DNA of 62,857 nt, counting the filler, from Choristocarpus tenellus KU-1152 (taxonomy: Eukaryota; Protista; Phaeophyceae), in the NCBI GenBank assembly GCA_964200185.2. It is 5 parts of 5 records of this genome, joined end to end, with 100 filler letters (N's around TTAATTAATTAA, not from the genome) between each part and the next. Parts side by side here need not be neighbours in the genome. Positions count along the whole stretch, not along the records: positions 1 to 19,139 come from CAXNAD020000490.1; positions 19,240 to 32,319 come from CAXNAD020001594.1; 3 more parts are not named here. One strand, given 5' to 3'. Position 1 is the first letter of the stretch. Each line of letters opens with the position of its first letter. Shown one piece after another: positions 12,605-24,300 of this stretch. The notes under the pieces are model-generated. The model had not been told where the DNA came from, did no database searches, and saw only the letters and a list, made by a program, of their open reading frames with translations. A program made the position numbers and the translations under genes.

Positions 12605-13562
12605 GGGTGTACGAATTGCCTAATTCACGTTTCACAGCGCTGGGACCAGAAAAAGGACTTGTTCGTATATTGGAGTATTGCACTAACATTGATTGACATT
12701 TATGTTTCTCCATGGCGAAGGTGGTGCGTGCAGTATGGATATTCAGTTACTGTGGTCTAGTAAAAAAACGGTCGTATGTAGAAGCACCTTTTCGAAGATA
12801 GTGCGGTAGGGTCAACCTTGTGTTTTTGTTATGTTCTTTGAGAATGTGGCCATACACATTCTGGAAGGTCGTGTATGGCACTGACCTAGTCGAGTGAAGG
12901 AAACCCGACCCACTTACACGTAACTCCAGAATACATTATAGAGAACCGATGTGTATGTATCTTGAAAGAAAAAGGTTGAAATGAATATTACTCCTTTTGT
13001 TGGGAGCATTGTAACCTTCTTCGAGTTGACCAAGGGTACTCATTTGGTTTATATTGAGGAAGAAGCATGCCTTGGTCGGATATTGAGTGTTTCAGTTGGC
13101 TGAGCTCGTTTTCGCACTCGCACCAAAATACATGTTTGTATTGTTGATCTGAACATTTCTAGACGATGCGGACATCCTGGAGGAGATCACTCGGCACTAT
13201 TCCACTCTACACTGCAACAGAGGGGGTTTGAACTGTGTGGATAGTGATCTTGATACAATATAGACACCACTGGTAGAGTAGATAATAAAATGGAAATCCA
13301 TTCATGAACGCACCAGATGTATGTACTCATTGGTGTCCAATGATGAATATTATGTTCTAAATATGCTTGTCATGCTGAATACAATCAAGTCAATTGATTT
13401 AATGTAAGTGTGGATGATCTCTAACCCCACAATATAGGAAGTAAATGGGTGCCACCAGTTGTGAGCCCCACGAGTCCAGTCAACCGATTTGAGACAATAA
13501 GCCCCATTTAACACTAGTATCACATTTCACACAAAGCCATATCTTATCCTCTAGATCGATTA

Positions 13563-13823
13563 GATCCAAAGAATCTTAGAGGGTAGAGCCGCGTCCATTT
13601 GGGAGCCAAAATCCAATGTTGCGATTTGGATGTATTTTTGACTATTGTGCTTGTTAGGAATTGTCAATAACCACGTTCCGCACACACGTTTTCACAACTT
13701 TCACATTTTTCCTACTCCTAAACATTTAGGAGTAGCAAAACGTCGTAAGAAAAAACCCTTGGGAAGCTAACCCCCAAATGGACAAACAGGGCAAAATTCG
13801 TATCCTCTATGATACTTTCACTC
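13563..13823 (+). mobile_element. MITE family A, copy 4
   Basis: GATCCAAAGAATCTTAGAGGGTA ... TATCCTCTATGATACTTTCACTC, flanks TTA/TTA. Confidence 0.88.
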
Positions 13824-14068
13824 TTATCTTAACCGTGGGTCCAGTGTGGAATATTTCAACAGTACACATATGCCACTGCCATTACGATGAAAAGTAGTAG
13901 TGAATACTGAAAAGTAGAAGTTATGGGGCAGTCTCAAGCCACGGAAAAAGTGCAGTTTGACACTGTGGTTGAGTTGACAGTGATGGATATACTTCGAATT
14001 ATGTTGACCTGAGTTGTATTTTAGGTGTGAACTAATACTATCCTCCTGCTTGAGAAATTCGTAACATG

Positions 14069-14247
14069 GAGTCAAACCAATTGAGAGGGGTAGGCAGGTT
14101 TGGACCCTTTTGCTTTCTCAGTCGTCTTTATTACCCTTTGCAATGCACTCTTTTCCATTCCTATATGTGCACAAGAGTGTACACTAAATATTTCTTGGCC
14201 TTTCTCTAGATCCTCGAATGCAACTCTGCCTACTTCTTTGTTTGACT
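14069..14247 (+). mobile_element. MITE family B, copy 2 (internally deleted)
   Basis: GAGTCAAACCAATTGAGAGGGGTAGGCAGGTTTGGACCC ... CAACTCTGCCTACTTC..GTTTGAC. Confidence 0.75.
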
Positions 14248-14570
14248 TGTTACATATATTCAAACACGGCAATATATATAGACGCATATATAGTATTCCT
14301 GTTGAGACATAGGCTACTCACTTATTAGTTTCTTGATACGGTACAGTTCCACCAGTCAACACTGATTGTTGGTTGGTCTGTTACGCTCAGGACGTTACTG
14401 TCACAAGTTCATCATCACCATATCAATTACCATCAGAACGCCGTAGTACAGAACAGTTGCTCTGCCTTCCACACGCAAGAATAGTATACTTCACTTAAGT
14501 TTGCATGCATATTGGTTCAAGTTTGCACTGCTGTTCTCTTGTTTGTTTTTCTTCACTCTTTCTTCTTCAT

Positions 14571-14885
14571 ATCTACTCACGCCACAGACTACGCATATCA
14601 CTCATCGGTGCTTTGCAACACCACGATTCCTCATCGCTTGCAGTCTACGCATTTTGCTTACATGTACGACGATGCATTCGATTCAGGTTTTAATAATTCC
14701 TCCCATTCAGGTAAATCTAGCTGTTGAAACCTGGCGAAGGAGAATCGTGTGAGGCTCATAACCTGTTGAAACCTGAATCGAATGCATTGTATATGTAAGC
14801 GAAATGGGTAAACTACGAGTGAAGAGGAATCATGGTGTTCTAAAGCACCGATGACTAGAATACGTAGTCTGTGGTATGAGTGGAT
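14571..14885 (+). ncRNA. Long imperfect foldback (candidate miRNA/hpRNA precursor)
   Basis: Arms 14571-14695 and 14764-14885 are reverse complements at roughly 80% identity; many mismatches would pair as G:U on the + strand. Confidence 0.4.
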
Positions 14886-15906
14886 GTGATTGTGATGCAA
14901 ATCACTGATGTAATTGTTCTGTTGGAACTGAAGTCATTGATCTCTCAGTCAAGAATGATGCGATGTGAATTCAGCGATATTTCATGAGATACTCAACGAA
15001 AGAAGTCCATGCTCTGTGGAGAGGCTTGTTAACTTGACTGGAAAGGGTTTGCGTCGTAGATGGTTTTAACTCCGTATGTATTACATCCAAGTGTGCATCA
15101 GGGGCACTATTGCAGAGCGAGCATGAGGCGCTCAGTGGGGCAATGACAACCAATGAAAAAATAATAACCAACAATTAACTTGCATCTGGGGTCTTATGCT
15201 TACTAAAAAAAACAGAGATGACAGACAACAACAAAGAGAAAATAGGAACAGAAGGTAACAGTGGAATGCACATGGAATGGGTTCCGAAGTAACTTGTATG
15301 ACGTGTGCTATGATGTTCCTGTGTGGGACGTGTATCAACTGAATATCAGCTGATGCTATACTTCTATCTGCTGTCATCCACGTGATGATGAGTTGGGATG
15401 CGCAATAAATGAATGGACAATAACGACCAGTGCAGTGCACCAATCAACAGCCAGTACAAGCTGGTAGGTTTTGTATCATATCAACAAGAAACACATGAGT
15501 AGCCTATGTTTTAACACTCGCCATCAACAAGGGTATTAAAGGCGATCCCAAAAAGTCGGAAACTAGAAAGAAGAGTAGGGAGTAACATGGTAGGCCCACA
15601 TCTTTACTCCCTATGTGCACTACTGCAACTTATTTTAGATACTTCTTGTATGGAACATCAATATACTACCTACCAAAACTTGTGTCATGTTCTAAACCTT
15701 TAGGATACACCCAAATTGGAGGAGTCTTCTTGCTATTGTTAATTCAAGATGAGAGGACGTGGATGGGGTAATGCCTATCTGAATGAAAAACAAAAGCTAG
15801 AGATGGTGAGCCCACATGGTAGCTAGGTACTTCATCTGTAATCAGAGACCAACAAAGAGAAAAAGTTTGAAGTTGAAGAATCATCGGTGTTTGGTTTTTA
15901 ATTAGA

Positions 15907-16165
15907 GAGCCAAAGTGTCTTAGAGGGTAGGACCGCGTCCATTTGGGGGCCAAAACCCAATGTTGGGATTTTGATATTATTTTGGCTATCGAATTTGTTA
16001 AGAAGTGTCAATATGCTTGTTCCGGACACACCTCTTCATAAGGTATACATTCTACCTACTCCCAAACATTTCAGAGTAGGTAAAATGTCATTTAAAAAAA
16101 AAATGAAGCCAAGCACCAAATGGACAAACAGGGCAAAAATCGTACCCTCTAATATATTTTCACTC
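15907..16165 (+). mobile_element. MITE family A, copy 5
   Basis: GAGCCAAAGTGTCTTAGAGGGTA ... TACCCTCTAATATATTTTCACTC, flanks AGA/AGA. Confidence 0.9.
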
Positions 16166-17255
16166 AGATGCAGATGTTGAACAGTACACGGACTAAGGAA
16201 TTTACCTCTATACGGTGTACCTGTATTGCCCCTGTTATGGACATGGCATGGGAATGCAGGGGAGAGTTGTTGATTGATAACACTTTGCGTGTTGTAAGTG
16301 AGGAGGGTGGGGCAAGGTGAAAGTGAAGATAATCGTTCGTTGTTAAGTTATTTGTGCTGTGACCTCTGAATGGTACACCCCACTGAAAGGTCAATGTTTT
16401 TGGTCCTCCAAATATTTCTAACTAGATGTTGTGCCATTTAGCTTAGAAGGTAATGTTATTTATCAATAGTGAAGACAAGAAGGTGTGAAACCTCATACGG
16501 TTCCCCATCGCTGAACGTGATTACATGGTTGGAATTAGAGGAGTGACCTTTGTTGGGTGTCTTCTTATTCCTTGTTTTATTATTTTCTTGTGCTTCCTAT
16601 ATAAGTCAACGTTTATGTCAAAGTAGTTGAATGCAGAATAAAACCCCATACATAATGCCATTCATAGTCCGGATGTACTATCTCATTAGTTACATCACAT
16701 GGACACATGGATAATATCTCATACACAAAATAAGGTACACCTCACTATTGTCCTATTTTGCACAGATGTTCCTTTCCTCAGTCGCCTCTGTGGATGCTGG
16801 ATCCTCATTCAGCTCCGGTCGGGTAAGATGCACCCATGTGGGCTGCGATATGATGGGGGAGAGGCCCTTCCTCTCTGTCTGTGACAGGTTGGTATGCAAT
16901 ATTTTCGAAAGTCTTCTATGAGCGTAAGGATTATTGTGAAAGAAATTTCTGACACTCTTGCACGATCTACAGATGAAAAAATGTAACGAGAGGCAAGACA
17001 ATGAGGAGCATGACCACCACATGATATCGCACAGAGGTTTTCATCGCTGTTGCATTGAAGATTGTCAGTGTACCATTTGGATATCCTCTCATCCAGCTCA
17101 CGGACGATGCCCTTGATATAAACAGATGGAAATCGGCGCACCTACCATGGAACTCAAATTCAAAGCGAGTAGAGATGGCCATTGAGAACCCTGAGCTTGC
17201 AGGGAGTTCTGTGTCCACCAGCATCTACTAACCCTCACCTGGCAGGTATAGTTTT

Positions 17256-17510
17256 GAGCCAAAGTATCTTAGAGGGTAGAGCCGCGTCCATTTGGGGCCA
17301 AAATCCAATGTTGCGATTTCGATGTAATTTTGGCTATCGTGTTTGGTAGCAAGTGTCAATATCCTTGTTCCGGACACGCCTTTTCATAACATATACATTT
17401 TAACTACTCCGTAATACTCTGGAGTAGGAAAATGTCATAAAAACCCCGAGGGAAGCCAAGCTCCAAAAGGACAAACAGGGCAAAACTCGTACCCTCTGAG
17501 ATACTTTCTC
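17256..17510 (+). mobile_element. MITE family A, copy 6
   Basis: GAGCCAAAGTATCTTAGAGGGTA ... TACCCTCTGAGATACTTTCTC. Confidence 0.9.
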
Positions 17511-18667
17511 AATTTTGCTTTACTATAATCCACTCCATCAAGCTGTATTTCATAATTGCTATACTCGACATCCAGTGACACCAATGATCAGTAAATACAT
17601 CCGTTGGCTGGTGGTTTGAATTTGTTGTTTGTGCTTCTCGCTACACAGCCATAATAATGATTGTGGTAGGTCTGCACAGAGTTGAGCAGGGAATGATGTG
17701 CTTCACCTTCAACTCTCTTCTCATCCCTCCTCTCGGTACACAGAACATTTGATCCTGACCTTGTGAAAGGGACACATGGGATCTATATCAGCCAATGTCC
17801 CCAAGGCATGGAGCACTTCTGCCATGCCCGTCTGTGTTTCTTTGGTGCACACGGTGAGAACATTAGAGCGCAGGTATTTTGCCGTAACATCCTCAGAGGT
17901 GTTATAGAGGAGCCCCTCCCATCATATCTAAATCCCCGTATGTTGTACCTTCCCCACAACTAATCTTGGTGGAGCTTCCTTTTGTTGTTCCCATTATAAT
18001 ATTGCCAAAGCCTGGGGATTGCGGAGATGAACGATACAGGATCATCCGTGGTTCCCCCTGTCCCATGGAAACCCACCGTCTCCATCAATATCCCACCTTT
18101 CACGATCTCTAGATGAACAGAGCCACTCATGCACTAACTCTATTGTTGAAGTAGAGAGAGTGCAGAAGTTTGGGTTATGCACGCGCTGAAAGGAAAAAGT
18201 AGGAGGAGGGTCACCAGTCACCTGCCTACTTCCACGGATTGAGCAGTGAAACTACAACCTACATACCTGCCTACCTCCTAGCAGAGGTATTGCTGGCTAT
18301 TGTGGTGAACAAAATACTCTGCAAGAATATTGTCATCTGGGTTGTCGATGATTTAGAGCCCTGTCCCCGTCCTCCTCATCATCATGAGAGAAAATCCCTG
18401 GAGATCCACATCATCACCTGGAAGCAACTAGGAATGATGGTTCGTATGGTTCAGTTGACATCTTGCAAGTAACATTCTTCAACTGCCACGATGAGGCTGG
18501 CTCTGTTGTTTCATGGAGGTGAAAGAGTGGATTAACCACTTACAAGATCCTCCTTGTTAGCAGGAAAATATTAGAAAAGAAGAAAGAGCTATGGCGGAGG
18601 AGGGGCGTTGTCTTTGAACATATACAGGAGGATTTGTAGTAGTTTTAGTAGTAGTAATATTATTATT

Positions 18668-18928
18668 GACCCAAAGGATTTAAGAGGATAGGAATATTGC
18701 GTTGTTTGTCCGTTCGGGGCTCTTCTTCCCACTGGTTGTTAATATGTTTTTTTTCAGTTTTCGAAACATTTCGGAGGAGGTTAAATGTGTACGAATACGA
18801 ATTGTGTTTCCGGAGCAAGGATGTTGACACTTGGTTACAAACACGATGGGAAAAATTACATCAAAATCGCAATATTGGATTTTGGACCCTAAACGGACAC
18901 GGCCCCAACCTCTTCAATGCTTAGACTC
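18668..18928 (-). mobile_element. MITE family A, copy 7 (diverged subfamily)
   Basis: GACCCAAAGGATTTAAGAGGATAGG ... CCTCTTCAATGCTTAGACTC; shares the internal motif AAAATCGCAATATTGGATTTTG with the other copies. Confidence 0.75.
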
Positions 18929-19139
18929 GGTACTAGGAGTAATAGGTAGGAGATAGAAGGTAGTGGGTTAAGAAATACACTACTACAACAATAGAAATGC
19001 ATGCATGTTCAGTTACAGCCGCAAGAATATTATTTCCTTAGCAAAAGAAATATAATAGGGTTGAAGTAGTTGAGAGGTAGGCAGGGCTACAACTTACGGA
19101 GATCAAAATATCTGGAGGGGGGGTGCGGTTTATGAGGGG

Positions 19140-19239
19140 NNNNNNNNNNNNNNNNNNNNNNNNNNNNNNNNNNNNNNNNNNNNTTAATTAATTAANNNNN
19201 NNNNNNNNNNNNNNNNNNNNNNNNNNNNNNNNNNNNNNN
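19140..19239. other. Assembly gap / artificial contig spacer
   Basis: 44 N + TTAATTAATTAA (stops in all six frames) + 44 N. Confidence 0.97.
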
Positions 19240-19286
19240 GGTGGAAAACACCCCCCCCCCCCATATACTTTGTGTCAAAATCAACA

Positions 19287-19574
19287 AAAACTATTCACAT
19301 GTCAGAACAAACCCTAAAAAAGTAACAGGTGTCATAAATGTGAAAAACATTCGTCTATTCAATATTTTACTACCAGTTATACTACATCATTCCCCTCCTG
19401 TACCTCTAACCTAGCTCAGTCCTGTACTTTAGGGTGAGGGGCTAGGGAGGCATCCCAAGAATCTAACTAGCCCCTCCTTGCCCATCTCCCTGGTGTCTCC
19501 AGCTTAAAGCGCATGACCCATCTGTATAGGACCACCTGAGTTGTGAAAGAAACTATCTGTCGTAGGCAGGACTT
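19287..19574 (-). mobile_element. 5'-truncated copy of the CRE-like non-LTR element (3' end)
   Basis: Reverse complement of ~22470-22745 (GATTCTTGGGATGCCTCCCTAGC..., TGACATGTGAATAGTTTT). Confidence 0.8.
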
Positions 19575-20482
19575 ATCATCATCAGCATCGCATTACTTGA
19601 AAGCATCCCAGACCTGTGTTCGAAAAAGTATTTCAAAAAAGGCAATACACACACTATATAGTCAAGACAATTGGGACTATAAAAGAAAAGGAATGGATTG
19701 GAAAAAAAGAGAACAAATAAATGTAAATGTGCTAGAGTTAGAGAAAATATAACTTTTTTGAAAGTACAGGAAAGAGGAGCTGGTTTTATCCATGTTTGTA
19801 GAAGTAGTGCAGTTGAAACTTTTGTAGCCGTGAATAAATTGGGATTTGTTGAGGATAGGCCAGAAATCTTCTTTTAATTTTGTGCTTTAGAAATGAAAAA
19901 GTTGGGTCGAAATATTATCACGTACGATCCAACAAGCCATGTACATCCACCGCAAAAAGTCCTTTACTTTTCTGAGCGAACCAGTTCACGAACTCGTGAA
20001 AACTTACACAGGACCGCCTTCTTCACAGAGACATGCATGAAACCCTAAAGAGCGATCTACACGCCTAGTCTGTTTTCAAGAGGGAGAATGGAGTGAGGAA
20101 CCTTTCTTTGCTGCTCTCAGGTTCTTCTTTTCCGCTACTTTTTGGTACTTGGACCTTAGGCTCTCCTCATGAATCTATGCGAGTATCCTTCTGCTTGTGC
20201 TTGAGAGTGGTAATGGCAGTTTGGTTCTTGTCTCCGATTGATGAGGACATCAATGATGTTCGAAATGAACCCCCACAGGAATATACGTTTATCTTGTAGC
20301 GGTTCTTTGTTGGTTTGCAAATGAAGTAGCTTTAGAAGCTTGCATGATTATGCTAGGGTTAGGGTTAGGCTAACCCTGCACTATATTATACTTTATGTGC
20401 GGTATGTGATGTGTCTATCCCCTAGAAAGCGATATGTGATGCCAAACTTGCCAAATAGAAAAAAATAATAATAGTCTGACTT

Positions 20483-20565
20483 GTGAATAGTTTTCATTGG
20501 TTTTCCCCTGCACACCTGTAAAATGTCAGAGGGCATAATAATAAAATAAGTATGATAATGATAAC
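20483..20565 (+). mobile_element. Orphan 3' terminus of the CRE-like LINE
   Basis: GTGAATAGTTTTCATTGGTTTTCCCCTG..AAAATGTCAGAGGGCATAATAATAAAATAA, same as 22735-22806. Confidence 0.75.
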
Positions 20566-20691
20566 ATGGTGGGAAAACATGGGAGGTCTCGATGTCCTCA
20601 TCGCATCCTGGATGTATGCCATTTTTGGAGAATACTTGTACGAGTAAAAAACAAGAGGTTATCACCTTTGCATGTCTTTTTTTGGAGAATA

Positions 20692-22447
20692 CTTCACTGC
20701 AGTGTGGTCCCTCTCCTCCTGTCTAGGCTATCTGGCAAGGGTCACTCCCCCCCACCTGGCACGCTCCACCATGACGCAAGCAGACAATACCTCACTATGG
20801 ACGTTCTAGAGAAGATAATGGAGGTAGCAGGCTCAGCATGGGCCGCGGACTTCTTTGAAGGGGTGTGTGACAATGGGGCTCTCCTCCTGGAGACATACCA
20901 ATAAGTACAGGCAGAGATGCCCACAAGTGCGGGGGGGTTGGGCCTATCCTCTATGACGCATCGCCAACATGCAATTTTTGTAGGATCACTAGTGGCTACT
21001 CTCCCCACCCTCCTAGCAAGGCAACAACGGCCTCATGGCGAGTCTTTCTCACAAGCAATCTGTACGAGTCCCACAGTAAGGACCCTGGGATCATCCATCC
21101 ACACACTTCTCTCTACAGGAGTCCCTTTAGAAGACTTGGCTGGGATTATTGGCCAAGGCTGGGTAACCTGGGGGGGAACAACATCCCCTACACCAGCCCC
21201 AGAGGTTCACACTCTGGCAGCCCATGATGCCAGGATTATAAGGAGGGAACAAAACGAGATCACCCGCCTTCTAAACAGGATCCGATTTTCTCTTTCCAGA
21301 CACAATTGGCCGCCTTACCTGATGAAGTGGAACAAGTGAAGGAAAGATCCTTGCTAGCCCTGGCATGCCACTGGAGCCAATGTGGACAGGGGGCAAATGC
21401 ATGGGCCTCACTCAACACAACCCCTGGAGCTGGCATGCCAAATGCCAAATCCCTCCTATCGAGTTTAGACTCACCACCACCAGATCTCTAGGGAGAGAGG
21501 AGGTCCTATCGAGCAGGTGCCTGGTGACTGGGTGCAGGAGGTGAAATGTAGACACCAGACATGCACGTACACGCCCTAGGGCAGGAGGACAGGTTCGCCA
21601 ACACACGCCAATGATGAAGAGTCTCAGTCAACCTTGCAAACGACTGAGCATCCCTTGCACTATGGATGATGGTAGCCCATTTTACAGTGGACAGGAATTT
21701 CCGCATGGATCTGGTCTTCCATGCTGGGGCACTAGCGGGCGCCGGATCAGCTCCCTACCGGGACAAAGGCCTCCTTCTAGATGTTATTTTGCTGAAGTAC
21801 AGCCAGCATTTCAGCTCCCACACTCATCCACCAGCAATGGTGTAACTGCTGCAGCAGTTGAGGCACGAAAGCACACCAACTATGAGGATCTTTTGACCCT
21901 TGTAGTTATAACCTCAACACCTTCGCAGTGGAAAGTTTTGGGCGCCTTGGAAAGCAATCGGAAAGTTTTCTGGATGAGCTAGCTATGCACGCGGTGTGGG
22001 GGAGAGAGACAGGAGGCTACACCAGAAAAGGGGTGGTCAGATCCCGTCTACGACACATAGTCTCAGTCACAACGCAAGTAGCCCTATCTAGACGTGTCAT
22101 GTGTTTTAAGATGGAGACACCAGGGAGATGGGCAAGGAGGGGCTTGCTAGATTCTTGGGATGCTTCCTCAGCTCCTTACCCTGGGGTGAAGGACTAAGCT
22201 CAGTAGGAGGCACAGGAAGGCAGTGGTGCAGCATAGCTGGTAGTAAAATAAAAAATAGATGGATATCTTTCACATTTATAACCGTTACTTAAGGGATTTT
22301 CTGATATTTGGCTAGTTTTCATAGTAATAAAATATATTATGTTACTCTTTGATATAATGAGATTTAAAAAGCTTGAAAGACAAGATATTGTAAGAATTAC
22401 TTTTGCACGACGCATCTGGAAATTGTCAGAGGACATGATAATTATAA
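20692..22447 (+). mobile_element. Degenerate 5'-truncated non-LTR retrotransposon with a C-terminal restriction-like endonuclease (CRE-like clade)
   Basis: Fragmented translation: CVVP..RLGYLARVTPP, MPTSAGGLGLSS (post-RT GGLG motif), RMDLV, EARKHTNY, ESFGRLGKQSESFLDELA..SRLRHIVSVTTQVALSRRV; followed by a 3' UTR and an AAT-rich tail; multiple stops and frameshifts. Confidence 0.8.
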
Positions 22448-22448
22448 T

Positions 22449-22806
22449 GAGGCTATGGCAGGAAAGGGGCGGTCAAATCCCGCCTACGACAAATAGTCTG
22501 TAACAACGCAGGTGGCCCTGTCTAAACGTGTCATGCGTTTTAAAACTGGAGTCACCAGGGAGATGGATAAGGAGGGGCTTGTTAGATTCTTGGGATGCTT
22601 CCCTAGCTCCTCACATTTAAGGGAATTGGTAGGTTTTAGACACGGGAAGGCAGCGGTACAACATAGTAAATAGAAAATAGGTGAATGTTTTTCAGATTTG
22701 TGACAAGTGTTACTTGTTTAGGGATTTTTCTGACATGTGAATAGTTTTCATTGGTTTTCCTCTGAGACATCCGAAAAATGTTTTGAGGGCATAATAATAA
22801 AAATAT
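22449..22806 (+). mobile_element. Second, shorter copy of the same LINE 3' end, head-to-tail with the first
   Basis: Repeats 22013 onward (GGAAAGGGGCGGTCAAATCCCG..GATTCTTGGGATGCTTCC) and ends GAGGGCATAATAATAAAAATA. Confidence 0.85.
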
Positions 22807-23082
22807 AAAGAATGGATGATGACAACCCCTACGGATAACGGTCGGTATACTCATGAACGGACCAAACATGTGAAGTACGTAATTCGAAGGACTACTTGAA
22901 GAACTATTATAAAATACTATACTTCATGCACTCTATAAAAGTAGTAGCAGTATCTTTTGTATTATATTACATCCAATAAACACAATTAAAAACACATTTT
23001 GACTTGACCCATTCTCTATTCCCTTTTCCTGTGTTTGCGTTCATCTCCATCAATTAATAGGTTCCTCTGAGAATTGAACTGA

Positions 23083-24300
23083 CTAAACCACTGAAAACTG
23101 AGATATACACTGCATTGATATACACTGGGATCTTGACTCCATACCCACCACAAGAGATCCTGTGCGAGACCACGAGGAGTCAATGCACTCTGAGGGGGAT
23201 GAAAGCTTGTTGTATGGCCTTGTCACCCAGAGATGGTGAGCGATCTGGTCCGATGTTGTACGCATCGAGTGATATGTAGAAGAGATGCATCAATATAGGA
23301 TACATAATGCCAACGGTGAACTGATGTGGGCACATTGTAGAAATTGACAAATCCTGTCCTGTAGAAGCATTTGTACTACCCACATATAGAGGTTGAATGA
23401 ATCTCCATATTCTTTCGTGCTTGTCGACCATTTTCTTCTTCCAGGCAAGGTCCTGATACCATAACTATGATTCTCAAAGGGAATGGTCGTCTTTGTTCAA
23501 TTTGATTTTTCTTGTTCCCTTGTCCCATATGTTTGCGGGCAAATGCGCTGGATGATTTGGTGCGCTGTAATAACCAGATATGGTGCAACTCGGATGCATC
23601 TGACGCGCAGCATTCATCCCCCCCATGTGCTAAAATGTGTTGTCGGGGTTCACATCTGCACGGTAGAGGTATTGAACACAAAATCGACTCACTTACCCCG
23701 TTCAGTCTGTGGAACAAATACCCAGATCCTATGCCCTCGACCCTGCTCTTCCTGACTCCACGAACGTAACAACTCAGTCAAACTATATGTCTCCACCCCT
23801 CCCACCCCATCTGTCACGACCCTTACAATAATGTCGTGTACAGCTATGCAGACCTTCTGTCTGATATGGAATGCCAAAAGGCTCTCTTGGCAAAGCTGAT
23901 AGGGTACGTTATAATATTGACCAGTCTCATCATAAAGGGTCCTCAGGTATGACAGCATGAGCTATTGGCAATTTCGTTGCCGCGTTGATTTTTTGTGCAG
24001 TACTTGTCTCGAAATAGTAGTGGTTAATTCGAGTTACTTAAGTCGGTGCTGCCATGTACGTCAATACATGAATAATGTTTCGTGGTCTCGACACTTTAGT
24101 GTGTGGAAGTGACCTATGGATATTTCTGTACCCTAATGCCTGTGAGGACTTGGCGAGGACTTGTTCCCCGCAGGTCTTCTGTTGCCCTATGTTTGCTGCG
24201 TTCTTGATTCTGATCCCTTGTTCCAGTATGGTGTACACTGACTCTCTCACATCCTGTCGTGTGATTTTGAGCTCTTCTTCAAGTAAAGCGTTTGGCGCTT
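23083..24300 (-). pseudogene. Possible tyrosine-recombinase (Crypton/DIRS-like) relic
   Basis: Across frameshifts: QRGNEIAN-LMLSYLRTLYDE (box I Arg-like), GIGSGYLFHRLNG, TYHSMRTT (box II HxxR-like), in the expected order. Confidence 0.35.

Noticed and set aside
3065-17510. Recurrent ~23-bp repeats as a possible CRISPR-like array
   Set aside because: They are inverted termini of dispersed elements with homologous interiors, not direct repeats with unique spacers
16750-18150. Degenerate coding-like stretches (also 41000-41850, 49200-50000, 50670-51040)
   Set aside because: No recognisable motif; probably old TE fragments but cannot be assigned without a search
19184-19195. Palindromic TTAATTAATTAA repeated four times in the window
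   Set aside because: Artificial six-frame-stop linker inside N runs
24038-24250. RIKNAANI resembling the TnpB/Fanzor RuvC-III motif RDxNAAxNI
   Set aside because: Catalytic Asp absent, spacing wrong, and no RuvC-I or zinc-finger motifs upstream
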